Below the pieces are notes generated by a model, which was given only the letters and a program-made list of their open reading frames with translations, did no database searches and was not told where the DNA came from. Both the position numbers and the translations under genes were made by a program. Of a stretch of DNA of 64,000 nt, positions 1-15,929 are shown one piece after another. Every line of letters starts with the position of its first letter. The first letter of the stretch is position 1. The stretch is from Eledone cirrhosa. Its lineage: Eukaryota. The DNA lies in NCBI GenBank assembly GCA_964016885.1, contig OZ024748.1, positions 51,398,001-51,462,000 of the forward strand, written 5' to 3'.

Positions 1-784
<784 letters not shown>

Positions 785-2379
785 GACACACATATACATA
801 CATATATATATATATATACATATACCCATACACACTCTCTCTCAGAAATGTACACATTGATACCATCATAAATGCACACACATACACAAAATCTTTTATT
901 CAGCAACATAAACCATTTAATTAAATTTTAGTTCATTATTTGTTTTATTACTATTATTATCATCATCATAATCATCAACATTGCTATCATTTTATACCAA
1001 AAAATTATATATATTTGTTTCCTTTTTATTTTGTTTTTTTAAACCATTTAATTTCTGTTTTGATTTTTTGGTTCTCTTATATGTATCTTTTTATTTATTT
1101 ATATATTTTTATTCATATATTTTATAATTTTTAAAAAATATTTTTCCTTCTTGTTCTTCTCACCAAAACTCTGGGCAACATCGAAGTGCTAATTGTCAGT
1201 TGACACAGCAATGAAGAATGCAGACTAATTATAATGAGAATTAATCAAAGAATGAATGAAGCTTCCATTTAACATTTTCCACAAGAGAGAGGTAGTAAAA
1301 TTTTTCCAACCAAACAACGTTTATAAAATAGACTAATTAAGAGAAAATGGAAGTGATTTTACCAATAGGAACTGATCAAGTCTTATTATTCTAAAGTTTG
1401 TTTTCATAAAGACTGCTTCCTGGATTATATTTGAAACAAAAACACCCATCCTCACCAAAAAATGAAGAAAAAAAAAACAATAACTGCTCACAGTGTTGTT
1501 GCTTTAAATTCTAACAGTTTTGTTGTTGTTGTTGTTTTTTTTCTATTGGAAATTTCTGAAATTGATTTTAAAATGTCTGGTTGACATTTTTAATTGTAAA
1601 ATAATATATTTTTTAAATATTTTTTTTTAAAACCTAATTTTCATTATTTTTTTTTTTTTATATTATTTTTTCTGGTAGGGGAGATAGCAATTTAATTTGA
1701 AGATGTTGTTATTGATGAACCAGGTTTTTTATTATATATATGTATATTGTTTTTTATTAATCTGTTATCATTAAACCTTTTGCCCAAAAGAAGCTGGTGG
1801 TGGTGGTGGTGCTGCTGATGGTGGTGGTGGGGGTGACAGCACAGATGATTTTGGCAATGATGGGTGAAAAAGTGACACAACCAATGGTGATAATGATCTC
1901 AAAGTAAAGATGGTCATGATGATGATGATGATGTAGCAAGGTCATAATGGTAGCTCTATTGATTACTATCTCTATCATAGTGATAATTATGATGGTGATG
2001 ACTAATAATGATGTAAGGATTATAATGAAAATGACAATATGAATGAATGAATGGCGATGATGATTATGCTGTTGTGTAAGACAATGATGATTATGTTGAT
2101 GATGATGATGATGATGATAATAATAATGATAATTATTTTGATGATGATGATGATGATGATAATGCAACTTCAATGTCATCACCTTCTGGTCACCAGCAAG
2201 TAAATCATTATTTGTTAGCAAAAGATTTCAGTCTACTTAAATGTCCACCTGATGGATGAATATTTTGCTGCTAATAATGTTGGATGTAAAAAAAAAAAAA
2301 ATCAAAAAAAAAAATCAAAAAATCAAAATACCCCCCCAAAAAAAATCTGGTTCAAGACACCATATTAGATTGGACCTTC

Positions 2380-2806
2380 ACCAGTTTCCATGTTGAGTAT
2401 TCCAGTTGTTCAATCAACAGTACAGCTTACTTGTGAAATTAATGTGTAAGTGGCTGAGCATTCTACAGACATGTACATTTAACCTTTAGCCTGTTGAATT
2501 ATTTTATGATTTGCTTCCCTTGACACTGCATTATGCATTAAGGGGACATTACTCTATTGATGACATAAGGTGCCTAGAGCATGTTGAAGGTTAAAGTAAT
2601 TCTCGGAGATTCAGCATGACACATTGTGTGACAAGAATGGTCTTTCGAATTACAGGTTCAATCTGTCTAACAGGCTTCCAAACAGTTTCTGTTTACAAAA
2701 TTTCACACAAGATTTGAGTGAAATTTGGAAGACAGGCTGAGACAAGACACTTGCCCAATATGCCATGTAGTTGAATTAATGATTGGCAAGTGAACCACTT
2801 AACCAA
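2380..2806 (-). mobile_element. Decayed CORE-type tRNA-derived SINE, interrupted by a TTAA-flanked insertion at ~2483-2590
   Basis: Similar to 10720-11030, 21700-22150 and 31427-31665 (AGACACTTGCCCAA, GTGGCTGAGCATTC, CAGCATGACACA). The insert has TTAA-CCTT...AAGG-TTAA ends. Confidence 0.55.
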
Positions 2807-3226
2807 TTGGGACTATGCTGTATCAACCGCTAGAGGCACTGCACACATATTCAATCTACATCTTGTAAATGTAAATGCTAAGGGTTAATGTCCGTTTTCC
2901 ATGCTAACATGGGTTAGACGAGTTGTCCTGACATTGAGAGACAAGTCATATCAGGTGATTATGTCTTGCCTATGATAACAAAAACAGGATGGTCATGGCA
3001 GGATACCCTGTGATGATACACCTGCTGGATTATGTCTGAACTAAATATATATACAATAACAACAATAAGTACTGTCAAAGAAGATTGGTTTGGGTGTTGG
3101 AAAACTATAATTTACAAGCTAAATATTTCCTATTTCACAATTTTCATTGTACATTGTGAATTTATTATATCTACAAAGTGATTGGTTTTATATACATTCA
3201 TACATACATGTACACACACATATATG

Positions 3227-3328
<102 letters not shown>

Positions 3329-4491
3329 AAGTGAGAGGGAGATACACAGAGATACATTATATATATATATATATGTGTGTGTATGTGTGTATGCATATAT
3401 GTTTGTATGTATATATATATATGTATGCACGAGGAACGAGATAATGTAAAGAAGAGAGCAGGAGGGGAAGAGACAGAGAGGCTCTAATAGAGGAAGTAAG
3501 AAGAGGAGAAGAAGAACAACAACAACAACACAGAAGAAAGAGAGAAAGAAAAGTGTCCAATGCAAAAATACATTTTTGCTTTTCATGAACTTTCTGGAAA
3601 GAACTGTGTCTTACTGTTTTAAGTACAGTGTCTCAGTTGAAGATGTGTGGGGGGGGGAGATGTGGGGGAGGTGAATATGTGGGGGTTGGAGGAGTGGAAA
3701 TGTGTGGAGGGTTGGGGTGGGGAAGCTGGAGATTTGAGGTGGTGATGTTGCGGTGGGGAAGATGGGGGGGATATGTTGGGGCGGGGATGGGAGGGAGACA
3801 TGGGTGGGAGGTGGGGATGGGGGGTAGGCAATGGGGATGTGTAGGAGGCGAAGATGTGCGGGAGGTGGTGTGTATATTGGAGTTGGTGTGTATATGCGAG
3901 TTGGTGTGTATATGGGAGGTTATGTACCAACGTGTGTGGTTTTGTGTGCATCTTTAGTCTGTCAGTCTGTATGTATGTACATATGCATGTGTGTGTGCAT
4001 GGATGGATCAATATATAATATACATTTCTATGTTTATATATAATTATATTATGTGTGTATATATAAAGTCTGAATATCTGCATCCTGCATGTGTCTGTGT
4101 ATGAATATCTATAGCATATATTTGTATGTATTTCAATATATAATGTGTGTGTATGTATATGCATGTGAAATGCATGTATGTGTTTTTCAATATATAATGT
4201 CTGTGTATGTGCATGCATGTGTACTGTATGTATGTGTTCATTTACGCACACGTGCAAATATTTATATTTGGGGAAGTGTAAAGGAATGACCTAGTGTTTA
4301 AAAACTTTGCTTCAGTCTCTTGAGGTCTCAGGTTTGTGCCCACTGCATGAGATCTTGAGCAAGTGATCTTCCCCATGGCCATGACTTGTCTTAACCCCTC
4401 AGAGTGAAATACGCTAGACAGGAATGATTTTGAAGCCTGTTAGATAGAATCAGGAACAGATTAAGTCCTCTTTAGGCCCTAAGCAATTTAA

Positions 4492-4712
4492 CCCTTTAGC
4501 ATTTAAACTGTCCATATCCGGCCAGAACTCTCTCACTTCTTTCTGTTCAAACTGGCTGTAACCGGGTGCTCATACTGATGTTAAGGTATTGTCTGCAAAA
4601 TAAATAATATCAAAATCTCGTAGATTCAATATTATGTGAGATAATTATGTGAAATAAGGTGTTTCCTGTGAAAATACAATAGTAAATATAGAGTAATGTA
4701 AATGCTAAGTGG
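4492..4712. mobile_element. piggyBac-type MITE with TTAA target site
   Basis: TTAA|CCCTTTAGCATTTA ... TAAATGCTAAGTGG|TTAA, an imperfect terminal inverted repeat. A related partial copy lies inverted at ~5056-5205. Confidence 0.65.
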
Positions 4713-4979
4713 TTAAAGAGTATGAACTCACCTTTAATTCACTTTTAGAATATCAAATGCATTCAATTTTAATAAAATGGTGCCCTTATTTGCTTGTTTC
4801 CATAATCGTGGGATTACTTTGTTTAATAGTTAATCCAACCTAGGATGGAACATTCCTGTATTCAATATATTTACCTTCTAATATACTCTATTGCACTGAT
4901 TCTGTCTTTGGATAATGTTAAAAGTACATGTTTGTGAAATATTCAGTCACTTTGCATGTTAATTCGATACAGAAATTAA

Positions 4980-5349
4980 CCCTCTCAATGCTATATTTCA
5001 AATGAAACACTTTACCTATGATTTTCAAATGATTTTAAAAGTATACAAGAATTTATCTCACATAATATTGAATCTATGAGATTTTGATGTTATTTATTTT
5101 GAAAACAATACCTTAACATAAATAAGAGCGGCCGGTTACAGACAGTTTAAAGAGAAAGAGTTGATAGAATTCTGGCCGAATATGGCCAGTTGAAATGCTA
5201 AAGTGTTAAGCTGATGTTTGGAACATAACATACCAAAGGTGCTTAGATAAACTTATGCTGGAATATTTTTAGATAAGTGTGAACACTTTGAAATAAACAA
5301 TCTCTGTCATAAAACCATGTGAGGATTCAGGGGTTTGGTATCTGAAGGG
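4980..5349. mobile_element. TTAA-flanked MITE containing a nested partial copy of the 4492 MITE family
   Basis: TTAA|CCCT...AGGG|TTAA ends. 5056-5205 is the reverse complement of ~4492-4645. Confidence 0.5.
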
Positions 5350-5645
5350 TTAAGTTTTGATGAAATAACTGAATACACATCTGTGAAATCAATGGAGGAT
5401 CAATTTTTAAAAAGGTTCATATGTACCTACTTACCTATATGTCTGTCTGTGTGTGTCTGTAATAAATATATTCAGACTTTCCTACATATTTCTATTATAT
5501 TCTTATGAATTGTTATTTTTCTTACACATGTGCAGTCATGTCAACATGGTGTGTGCAACTAAAGGAAAATCTACATATACTTACTTCATATTAGGTGTGT
5601 GTATATATATACACACACACACACACATATATGCATATGTATGCA

Positions 5646-5694
<49 letters not shown>

Positions 5695-6705
5695 ATATAA
5701 GAGAGAGAGAGGCAGACTATTGTAAGTACATTCATTACATTTATTGATACTTTTGGCAATTTCATAGATTTCACAGAAACTTACAGAAGATGAATTTGGA
5801 GGAAAAGAAGGGGAGTGGAGAAAAAGGGAGAGGTGGTGGGGAGGTGAGAGAATGAGGGGATTGAGAGAAGAAAATGGAGGGGTTGAATGTATTCGATTAA
5901 TGGCCAAACAGAAAATAGTATCTACAAACTGCAACTGCCACCACCACCACCACCACCCCAATCTCTAGTCCTACCACTACCACCATCTCCAGCGCCACTA
6001 CCACCATTTTCAGCCCCACCACCCGCCCCTCCAATCTTCAGTGCCACCACTACCTCATTCTTCAGCCCCACAACTCCATCTACAGCACAACCACTACCAA
6101 CACTACCACTAACACCATCTCCAGCACCACCACCACTACCAACAACAACAACAACATATGGCCAATGGCGTGGCTCCTATACATTCTCTTGGTCTATTAG
6201 AAATAGCCACCAAATATCCTTTAAATTACTTAATGTGTTTTAAAACAGGAAACAACACATTAGTTATTGTAGGAGTCTAAGAGAACATGTTAAATAAAAT
6301 CCTAAACTATTGGAATGATCAATCTTTAATCAGAGGCCATCTTGATTAAGACTGACTGGATTTAAACAACAATATTATCAACCATGTATGTATGGTCCTG
6401 TAATGCCTGATGGAGCCTATCCCTCTCCAGGCCTGAATACAGCAGATTTCTTCCAGAGAAAGTGAGAGAGAGAGAAAATGACAAAAAGATATAGAGGAGG
6501 AATCGACCCCAGTACTAGACTGGTACTTTTTCTTATTGACCTTTCATATTGACCTGTGCTTCTGTGAGCAATTTACACAATAATTTCATTATTATTATTG
6601 TTATTATTATTATAACAACAGATTAGCAGCAACAATACTATTAACAACACCATTAAATATAATAACAACAACCTTAACTAAATTACACAAACATTATCTA
6701 CAATT

Positions 6706-6887
6706 GGATTGGCAGTATCGGTAGAGGGTCGGACGACATGCTTTCCAGCATAGTTACGTCCCTTTACGATCTGAGTTCAAATCCCGCCGAGGTTGACTTT
6801 GCCTTTCATCCTTACGGGGTCGATACAATAAAGTACCAGTAATACACTGGGTATTTGCTGGCCTTGTGCCTAAAGTAGAAACAATTA
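6706..6887 (+). mobile_element. tRNA-derived SINE, family A (Meta/MESC-like central domain)
   Basis: A-box-like TGGCAGTATCGGT, B-box GAGTTCAAATCCC, core GACTTTGCCTTTCATCCTTACGGGGTCGATA..AAGTACCAG, flanking direct repeat ATTATCTACAAT (TSD). Confidence 0.85.
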
Positions 6888-7698
6888 TCTACAATAACAA
6901 CAACATCAAAATCCATACCAAGATGTCATATGTCTGATCATATTTGTTTATTTAATTTAAACGTCCGTGTACAGCTAAGAAGTCATGAAAGACTAAGGTA
7001 AGTATCTAATACTTCTTACAGTTGAGAAACAAAAAGAAAGGTAGACAAACATAAGTGAGTGTAAATAGGGAAGGCCAGTAGGAGGAAGAATAAACATAAA
7101 AGCAAAAACCACCACCATGAGTGCTGAGCTGGGGTTAAATAACAACCACAATAATGACATTGCTACTAATATTACTAATACAACCACCACCACGTCTTAC
7201 AGCAAACACCACTACATCATCCTCATCAACCCTAGATCAGTATGTTTGAAACTAATATGGGAGAGACATGGCTGGAAAAATTTTGATCATAGTTTTGTTC
7301 AATCAGGGTTAGCCTGAGGCAAAACAACAGCAAGAAAACAACAACACATAAGTAGTAACAAAAAACAACAACATATAGTGCAGTAGTAAGAGTAAGACAA
7401 AGAGCTGTTAGAATGGTGCCAACAAAATCAATAAATAGAAGAAAAATATAAACAAGCACATGGCTTGTCTGATTGTATCAGATGAAATACAATGAAGACT
7501 AAAGTCAAATTGAGCATGTGTGAACGCTGTTTGAGCACTAGATGTATTGATGGTGCATTGAGCTTAGCAACTGCACTCATCAAATTTAGCTAAAAGCATA
7601 AAGATGAACTCTGTATTTGTATACATTATATATACATTATATATACATATACATATATATACACACATATATATATGTATATAGATGATGATGATGAT

Positions 7699-7746
<48 letters not shown>

Positions 7747-8781
7747 TATATAGATTGATATACATATACACATATATTTAGATAGGTAGATACATATAGA
7801 TATATACATACACATTGTCATCATGATTTAACATCTGTTTTCCTTCTAACGGTATAAATCTATTATATATTCATACACACACACATATATATATATATAT
7901 GTGTGAATTTGTATTATTCACTGTGTTACTTGATATATATATATATATATGAGTGTGTGTGTGAGGGAAGGGGCTATTTACAAATATACTTGCTCTCACA
8001 TATATATATAAAGAAAGACAAACAAAACCACACAAATAAGAGTGTGTATATGTGTCTCTAAACATCTATTCATTATTTCATTTACTTTTTTATATAGAAA
8101 TATAAAAATTTCTAAATTAAATATATATTTTTTTTTATCCAAGATTGCTTTTGCTCCGATTTCTTTGAATTACTATTTATGTATTATAACTATTTTCATT
8201 AATAGTAGTAGTAATAGTATTATTATTATTATTATTGTTTTTATTATTTATTACAATTTTTTTCAAGCCTGTTTTTTTCATAATCAACTTTTCAATTTTT
8301 TTGTAATTTGTCTCAGACATTACCCTTGTGAACAATAAAGAATATATTACTATTATTATTTATATATTATTATTATTATTATCATTAACATTGACTAATA
8401 TTATTACTGTTGTAGTTATAGAGATATTGGGTTTTGTTTTATCACTCATATATATTGTTGTTGTTAACATTAATAATTTTTACTCTCATAATCAAACTAT
8501 CAACCAACAACCATCATCATCATTAATAAATTATTGTTATTATTTTTATTATTTTATTCTTATCATTTCATATATATTTGATAGAATTTTATCAGTTTCA
8601 AATTTATATCTCTTATTATGTATATGAGTTTTTTTATACTAAGTAAATAAACATATATTCAACAAGTAAAGATAGAATTGTCTCTAAAGGTTTGCTCTCC
8701 CTCTCTATCTCTATCTCACACACTATCTCTTACTCACACACACACATATATATATATATATGTAGACACAGATATACATAT

Positions 8782-8813
<32 letters not shown>

Positions 8814-8911
8814 GAATGAAAGAAAGAAAGAATTATGATATGTATATAAGATAAATGTAACGCCTGTGCATATATATATAGTTATGTATATATATATATA
8901 TATATATATAG

Positions 8912-8950
<39 letters not shown>

Positions 8951-9020
8951 TGTATATATATATATATGTAACATTTAAGTCACTCACACATACACACAAA
9001 TATATGTGTGTACAGAATGC

Positions 9021-9055
<35 letters not shown>

Positions 9056-9819
9056 AACACACATAACACACCATCTTCTAGTCATCAGCACTCACCCCAC
9101 CACCTACTTGCCAACACACCTCATTCATCCATACTTCATCTACACATCCAGCACACCTCAATGAAGTGTTTTTTTCTGAAGTTAAAGCTAAATAGTATGG
9201 AAATAATTTGATCATTTCTCCCTCTACCCTGTGTTATAAACCATTTCTTTCCACCCAACCAAACTTCACTGATGAAATAGAAGAATAGATTGAGTACTTT
9301 AGAAAATTACTTAGCTCAGAAATTGCATCAGTTCGATAAAAAAATGTCAAAAATAAAAAAGTCAAAAATATAAAAGTCAAAAATGTCAAAAATAAAAAAG
9401 TCAAAAATATAAAAGTCAAAAATAGAAAAAATAAAAAATAAATATAATTTATAAAATATCAGATGAAAGAATGATATGAAATTAAAAAAATATATATAAA
9501 TATAACAATCAAAGAAATAAACATGAATTGATGAAAAATTTGCTGTGAAACCATTTTTGTCCAGTTAGTTCAACATCAATCTTTCACTACAATGAAAGGT
9601 GTTGTTTCATTGCTGGTGACTGTTACTTTATTTTTTTGTCAGAAGTTTTGTTTGCTTTTTAAATTATTTTTAAATTTCTTTCTTTTTTTGTGTGTGTTTT
9701 GTGTGCGCAAGTGTGAAGTGGGGGTTATATGGTATGTTTGCTTATTTCCTTATATTATTTTTAGCAAATTTATAATGTTAGAGACACTGTTTGTAACTTT
9801 TACATACTCACACAAATGC

Positions 9820-9856
<37 letters not shown>

Positions 9857-9900
9857 ATTATTAAAATATATATGTGCGCATGTATGTATGTGGAAATACA

Positions 9901-9932
<32 letters not shown>

Positions 9933-10357
9933 GTATATATATATATACACACACACACAGATCTATATATATATATATATATACTTTACTCTTGATAATT
10001 TTGTTAGTTTTTAATATTAATCTATTTTTTTGTTTCGGCATGCTTTATGAAGTTTTTCATTTTTTAATGTAGGACTAAATGATAAATGGAAAAGATGATT
10101 ATATATATATAGGTGTGTATATTTGTGTGTATCTGTGTGTATGCATAATGTAGTGTGTGAGTGAGAAATGTTGAAAAATATACAAAGAGGAAAGAGAGAG
10201 AAATATGTGATGAGTGTTGGGTAAGAGAGAAAAGTAAATCGACACCAAATAATGAAATGTATGACCAACTATATAAATATGTTAATGTGCTTTTTGTTTT
10301 GGCTTTGTTTTTTTGAGGGTTTTTTTTTTTTATATTTTAAAAACTGTTTTGGCGACC

Positions 10358-10557
10358 NNNNNNNNNNNNNNNNNNNNNNNNNNNNNNNNNNNNNNNNNNN
10401 NNNNNNNNNNNNNNNNNNNNNNNNNNNNNNNNNNNNNNNNNNNNNNNNNNNNNNNNNNNNNNNNNNNNNNNNNNNNNNNNNNNNNNNNNNNNNNNNNNNN
10501 NNNNNNNNNNNNNNNNNNNNNNNNNNNNNNNNNNNNNNNNNNNNNNNNNNNNNNNNN
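10358..10557. other. Assembly gap (200 N) with duplicated flanks
   Basis: Run of N. 10266-10357 is repeated at 10558-10651. Confidence 0.97.
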
Positions 10558-10719
10558 CAACTATATAAATATGTTAATGTGCTTTTTGTTTTGGCTTTGT
10601 TTTTTTTTAGGGTTTTTTTTTTTTCATATTTTAAAAACTGTTTTGGCGACCAAACTCACCATTTCTGATGTAACTTACTGCTACTAAACACATGGAATGG
10701 ATCTCCATCAATTTGGTTT

Positions 10720-11030
10720 CAACAATTAGTGTTGCAATCATTTGATCAATGGAATAAATAGCCTACTCATGAAATCAAGCTGAAGGTGTCTGAGCATTCC
10801 ATACATGCATATACACTTAATATAATTATCTGAGAAGTTCAGTGTGACACAATGTGTGATGATGCCAGCCTTTTGAATTACAGATACACTACATTCGATG
10901 GACTTCCGAATAGTTTCTGCCCACCCAATACCACTTAAAAGTCATTGGTCAGCCAGAGATTATGGCATGAGGTGGAAGCGAACCCATGACCTAATGAGTA
11001 TAATGTGAACTCCTTAACCATTTGGCCATG
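10720..11030 (-). mobile_element. Decayed CORE-type SINE
   Basis: Similar to 2380-2806 and 21700-22150. Confidence 0.5.
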
Positions 11031-11340
11031 CTGCACACTAAGTACAAATATGCACAAATATGCGCACACCCTCACACACATGTATTTGTATATTGATTCA
11101 TTAAAATATACATATTACACTCAGTGCTGGACTTACCTAGAAGCTAAATAAGCTACAGTTTAGGCCCACACACCCTTGTGCGCCTCAGCTTTTCATTAGT
11201 TTTTATTCTTTAACACCACATCATCAAAATGTATATATACATATGACCAACCCGTACAAGTGTGGAAAAGTAGACATAAAAATGACGATGATGATGATAA
11301 TATATATATATATATATATATATATTATTATTATTATTAT

Positions 11341-11441
11341 CCCGCCGAGGTTGACTTTGCCTTTCATCCTTACGGGGTCGATAAAATAAAGTACCAGTAA
11401 TGCACTGGTAAATTGCTGGCCTTGTGTCTAAAGTAGAAACA

Positions 11442-11472
<31 letters not shown>

Positions 11473-12015
11473 GGTGGTGGATTGGCAGTATTGGTAGAGG
11501 GTCGGACTCCATGCTTTGATGCATAGAGTTACGGCCCTTGCCATTCTGAGTTCAAATCCTGCCGAGGTTAACTTTGCCTTTCATCCTTACAGGTTCGATA
11601 AAATAAAGTACCAGTAATGTATTTGGATAATTGCTGGCCTTGTGCCAAAACTAGAAACAATTATTATTATTATTAATGATAATAATTCTTTATCATTACC
11701 ATTGATATAAAAAATAATGATCATGTATAATTATTTAAAATGTTCTTGCCAAAAATTCTGTTTAGAGAAGAACTTCAAATTTCCTATAACTTAGAGCCTC
11801 AGCAGGTGAAAGTCTAGCCCCGATTATATTTGTCAGTATCGGCAGATAGTCAGACACCATGCTTTGCAGCATAGAGTTACAACCCTTTATGATCTGAGTT
11901 CAAATCCCACCGAGGTTAACTTTGCCTTTCATCCTTACAGGGTTGATAAAATAAAGCACCAGTAACGTACTGGGGTCAATTTAATCGACTTACCCCTTCC
12001 CCCAAATTACTGGCT
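11341..12015 (+). mobile_element. Three SINE family A copies (11341-11445 5'-truncated, 11477-11663, 11830-12015)
   Basis: Each has the CTTTGCCTTTCATCCTTAC..GATAAAATAAAG core; the first two end in (ATT)n. Confidence 0.85.
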
Positions 12016-12181
12016 GAAATTTTAATTATCTGCATAACATTCGTTAGTGGTGTGTATAAATTAACTAAACTACTAAGACAAAGTGTAGGAAATTTTAAAA
12101 TAATATATTTAATAAGCATCTATTTACCCTTACTCTACAAATAGACACTGAAATTTCTCAGCAGAACAAATGGAAAGGTAA

Positions 12182-12221
12182 CTTGACTAGTTTCACCTGA
12201 TTATTACCAACTCATCAGGAA
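12182..12221 (-). ncRNA. Decayed minimal type I hammerhead ribozyme motif
   Basis: Minus strand: ttc CTGATGA g ttggt aata atcag gt GAAA C ta G TC aag. Core intact, palindromic stem III (ACTAGT), GUC site, weak stem I. Confidence 0.5.
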
Positions 12222-13149
12222 ATCTATTTTGTACATATTCATTGAAAAGATATAGAAGCTTATAAATGTTTATTTAATATTCAGGTTTACCATTGAGCAA
12301 CTAAAATTCTCAAGATTGGTAAAACATGTTAATTTATATTCTTGTGACTTTTGGGATCCAGATTTAGCTTCTGAGGAAAAAAACTAATGTTAATAGCATT
12401 CATTCATTAATTCATTCATTGAAAGGAAACTTTGACCCTTTTCACCAGCACCAACCCCATCATGTATGTCAACAACTGACCTAAATGACCCCTAAAAACT
12501 CAGCTGGTGGCTATTTAGCCTTATTACTTCCATTAGGACTCCCACAACAACTATAACAAACTTTCAGCATGAGAGACTTGGGAGGCAGCTTCCTTGTTTA
12601 TTTCGTTTTAATATCAACTACTTCATTTAGATTTCCATTTGGTGTCCTTCTTTCTTTAGTTCTTTCCTCCCACCCCATCTAACCATGTTTTTCACTCCTT
12701 TATTGAAGCACAGTGACAGCCCAAGGCTTGGATAGGGAAAAATTACCATTTTCATTTCTGTTGTTACTTCCCAAAATAAGAGCTTCTGATTAAGGTTATA
12801 CAATTTCTTAACTTCTGTGCTACCACCATCTGCATGAATTTTCTTTCTTTATGCCCACCAACCATTCATCCTTCCCTCCCTTCTTTTATCCATTTATCTC
12901 ACTCTCCCTCCATCTACCTGTACAACCAACCAATCAACCAAACCAGTAACTCCTCAAATCCCTAACCAACCAATCAACTCGGGCAACTCATCTAAACAAT
13001 CTCTACATCTAACCTTACATTTATTCCATCCATCAAATTTATCTATCCAGTTAAACCATCTACATTATTCTATTGCAGCATCAAATGTATATACATGTCC
13101 AAAGGGGTCAATTTCTTTATATTACAATTGTGAAGTCTGTTGGCACAAC

Positions 13150-13475
13150 ATAATACAGTGTAGTACTGTGTAGTGTAGTACAGTATAGTACAGTATAGTA
13201 CAGTGCAGTGTAGTGTAGTACAGTGTAGTGCATTACAATGTAGTAGTGTATAGTACAGTGCAGTACTGTATATTAGTGAACAGTGTAGTGTTATAGTCTA
13301 CAGTGCAGTGCTATAGTGTGCTGCACAGTACATTAGAGTGCACTACAAAGCTACAGTGTAGTACAGTGCAGTACTGCATCGTAGTGTACAGTAAAGTGTT
13401 ATACTGTGCACTACAAAACTCTATAGTGTAGCACAGTGCAGTACAGTATAATACAAATACAATACAGTACAATAT
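13150..13475. repeat. Degenerate pentanucleotide repeat (TAGTG/CAGTA/TAGTA)n
   Basis: Clear 5-bp periodicity. Confidence 0.9.
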
Positions 13476-13760
13476 GCAGAGCATCACAACTTAGCACACA
13501 CATCTATTCTAACCAATGATGAAGAAACCCCTCTACAAAGTTGCTTGACCTGCAAGAAATGGCAACTAAATTCCCCTTGGACTACACTCTATTACCATCA
13601 AAAGGGAAATAATACATTTAGTAATATAGTACTAGATGTCCTTAAAAAGACAGAGTATGGTGATCATCGTGTAAATGGTTTGGGTGATAGGGTTGACCTG
13701 AGGAAACACAACAACAATATACACACTAATGTAACATTTTGTTGTAACATATCAGATATA

Positions 13761-13942
13761 TAATTGTTTCTACTTTTGGCACAAGGCCAGCAATTACCCA
13801 GTGCATTACTGGTACTTTATTTTATCGACCCCGTAAGGATGAGAGGCAAAGCTAACTTCGGCGGGATTTGAACTCAGAATGGAAAGGGCCGTAACTTTTT
13901 GCATCAAAGCATGGCGTCCGACCCTCTACCGATACTGCCAAT
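13761..13942 (-). mobile_element. SINE family A
   Basis: Reverse complement of the 6706 element. Confidence 0.85.
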
Positions 13943-14574
13943 GAAGGTATTCTGGTGGAGTTGAAGCAAAATACAAGTTTTTGGCTGGTGCATTGAAAAG
14001 TACAAAATATTTTCTTTTTATATAAAAAAAAAAAAAAAAAAATCTTTATTTATGAAAAAATAAATATCAAATTCTATACAAAAGACAGAACAAAAATGGA
14101 AGCAAATGTAAAGACAGACTATACTAAAATTATTTTTCAGAATTTAGGCATCATTGATGCAACATTTTATTTCTTTTTTCTATTTTTTTATGCCTTAGTT
14201 TGTAAAAAAAAGAAACACCTTTATTTGTGCCAATTCTAGTAAAATTGTCTTCAAGCTATATAATAGCACTTTCATCAAACATTTGGTTTTGTTTTTAAAA
14301 CTGTATCTTACATGACCTTCGCTAACAGAATACCACTGGGTAATTCATGTGCTCCATTCTGCATAAATAGCAATTATAACAAATTTTCAATAGTAATATC
14401 TAAAACAAAAATGAAGAGAAAAATATCATAAATTTGTATTTGATTTCTATATTTCTCTATTTATGATTTGTTATTTACTGTTTACCTTCTTTACTTTTTT
14501 ACTTATTTCAATCAACTTCTGAATCAGAGGCTCACAATGTCTACAAATTATTAAAGATGTATGTTTGTGCATTT

Positions 14575-15164
14575 ATATATATATATACATACAAACTATA
14601 CACACACACACACATATATATATACATACAAAATACACACACACACATATATATATATATATACATACAAAATATACACACACACACATATATATATATA
14701 TACAAAATATACACACACACACATATATATATACATACAAAATATACACACACACACACATATATATATATATACATACAAAATATACACGCACACATAT
14801 ATATATATACATACAAAATATACACACACACACATATATATATATATATACAAAATATACGCACACACACACACATATATATATATATACAAAATATACA
14901 CACACACACACATATATATATATATACATACAAAATATACACACACACATATATATATATATACATACAAAATATACACACACACATATATATATATATA
15001 TACAAAATATACGCACACACACACATATATATATATACATACAAAATATACACACACACACATATATATATATATACATACAAAATATACACACACACAC
15101 ACATATATATATATACATATAACATATACACACACACATATATATATATATACATACAAAATAT

Positions 15165-15199
<35 letters not shown>

Positions 15200-15248
15200 C
15201 AAAATATACACACACACACACATATATATATACATACATACAAAATAT

Positions 15249-15287
<39 letters not shown>

Positions 15288-15449
15288 CAAAATATACACA
15301 CACACATATATATATATATATATACATACAAAATATACACACACACACATATATATACAAAATATACGCACACACACACATATATATATATATATATACA
15401 TACAAAATATACACACACACACACATATATATATATACATATAACATAT

Positions 15450-15480
<31 letters not shown>

Positions 15481-15492
15481 CATACAAAATAT

Positions 15493-15531
<39 letters not shown>

Positions 15532-15695
15532 CAAAATATACACACACACATATATATACATACATACAAAATATACACACACACACACGTATATATATAT
15601 ATATACAAAATATACGCACACACATATATATATATATAAAAATATGTATATATATATATATATATATAAATACATATATATATATATATATATAT
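14575..15695. repeat. Compound minisatellite [TACAAAATATA(CA)n(TA)n]
   Basis: CAAAATATAC anchor recurs every ~30-45 bp. Confidence 0.95.
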
Positions 15696-15929
15696 GAAAC
15701 AAAGAGGGAGATGGACAGACATATGTACACACACACACATATATATATTAATATGTATCTTTGTATCTGATAATTATTCTAATATATTATATCACCGTCA
15801 ACATTCATTTTCCTTACAAGCAACAGATTGCCTGGGATGTCACAGAGCAAGTCAGTACTTAATCAAAGCTACTCACCTCTTTGCCCTTGCTAACAGAGAT
15901 AACAGATGATTATGATGATCATGATTATA

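Noticed and set aside
5887-6243. Pro-rich formin/extensin-like ORF
   Set aside because: (CCA)n low-complexity tract with no domain or splice support.
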